This document shows, piece after piece, positions 63,031 to 63,665 of a stretch of DNA of 63,665 nt (the first letter of the stretch is position 1; every line of letters begins with the position of its first letter). The notes under the pieces were generated by a model. The model was not told where the DNA came from and did no database searches. It saw only the letters and a list, made by a program, of their open reading frames with translations. The position numbers were made by a program, and so were the translations under genes. Location of the stretch: NCBI GenBank assembly GCA_036012755.1, contig DASCPX010000248.1:1-63665 (forward strand), given 5' to 3'. This stretch comes from Myxococcota bacterium (lineage in GTDB: Bacteria > Myxococcota_A > UBA796 > CAJQPC01).

Positions 63031-63665
63031 ATGATCGTCACTGAATACGAGACCATCTACGTGGTCAAGCCCGAGCTCCCCGAAGACGCGCTGGTCGCTC
63101 TCAACGACAAGGTCAACACCATCGTCGAGAAGAACCAGGGCACCATGCTGACCGTGGACGACTGGGGGAAGCGCAAGCTCGCCTACCCGATCCAGAAAAA
63201 CAGCAAGGGCCACTACGTCTACATCAACTACCTGGGCCCCACGACCCTCGTCGCCGAGCTCGAGCGAAACCTGCGCATCGAGGACAACCTGCTGCGCTTC
63301 CTCACCGTGAAGCTGGACATCGACGTGGACGTCGAGTCGCGGAAGGTCAAGGCCGAGGAGGACAACGCCCGTCGCGCCGAGCTCAGGGCGGCTCGCGCCG
63401 AAGCCGAGGCAGAGGCCCAGGCCGCGGCGGAGGCAGCGGAGGCCGAAGAGGCCGCACGCGCCGCCGCTCGAGCCGAGCGTGACGCCGCCAGGCGTGCCCG
63501 CGAGGAGGCAGAGGCCGCCGCCGCCGCCACGGCCGCCGCTGCCACGGCCACCGACGATGCTGCCACGGCCACCGACGATGCTGCCACGGCCACCGACGAT
63601 GCTGCCACGGCCACCGACGATGCTGCCACGGCCACCGACGATGCTGCCACGACCACCGACGACGC
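63031..63665 (+). CDS. rpsF: 30S ribosomal protein S6 with a long C-terminal extension (3' partial)
   Basis: MIVTEYETIYVVKPEL...WGKRKLAYPIQK...GHY...ELER.LRI...LLRFLTV; not in the ORF track because there is no stop in the window. Confidence 0.95.
   Translation, partial: MIVTEYETIYVVKPELPEDALVALNDKVNTIVEKNQGTMLTVDDWGKRKLAYPIQKNSKGHYVYINYLGPTTLVAELERNLRIEDNLLRFLTVKLDIDVDVESRKVKAEEDNARRAELRAARAEAEAEAQAAAEAAEAEEAARAAARAERDAARRAREEAEAAAAATAAAATATDDAATATDDAATATDDAATATDDAATATDDAATTTDD
63538..63663. repeat. 21-bp tandem repeat GCTGCCACGGCCACCGACGAT (5 perfect copies plus 1 variant) encoding AATATDD
   Basis: Directly visible; runs to the window end. Confidence 0.95.

Overview
High-GC (roughly 70% by eye) bacterial chromosome segment. 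It is probably from a Myxococcota-like organism (inferred from a MYXO-CTERM-like tail, MopE-type Cys/Asp repeats, a Ser/Thr kinase, FHA and PP2C genes). The right half is largely core genome: rnpB, tRNA-Ile2, rpoD-dnaG-murA, a serA-like dehydrogenase, a NYN protein, a MoxR/VWA pair, and tRNA-Gln-prs-rplY-pth-hppA-rpsF. The left half is mostly secreted proteins, lipoproteins and hydrolases. I saw no CRISPR array, transposase or integrase. The most notable observations are: (1) a ~2,460-aa membrane protein with six pentapeptide-repeat blocks, one TM helix and a ~1,000-aa TPR region, divergent from murA-dnaG-rpoD; (2) a ~200-nt, extensively base-paired candidate RNA between prs and rplY; (3) a recurring TANNNT-N6-start-codon (leaderless) architecture, including back-to-back bidirectional promoters; (4) many ultra-short signal peptides lacking an n-region (lipobox Cys at residue 7-11); (5) a four-helix-bundle gene missed by the ORF track, with a 5' frameshift and an upstream array of palindromic repeats; (6) an att-like scar at ~17.5-18.15 kb that truncates a gene. 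All product calls come from motif recognition by eye; no searches were run.
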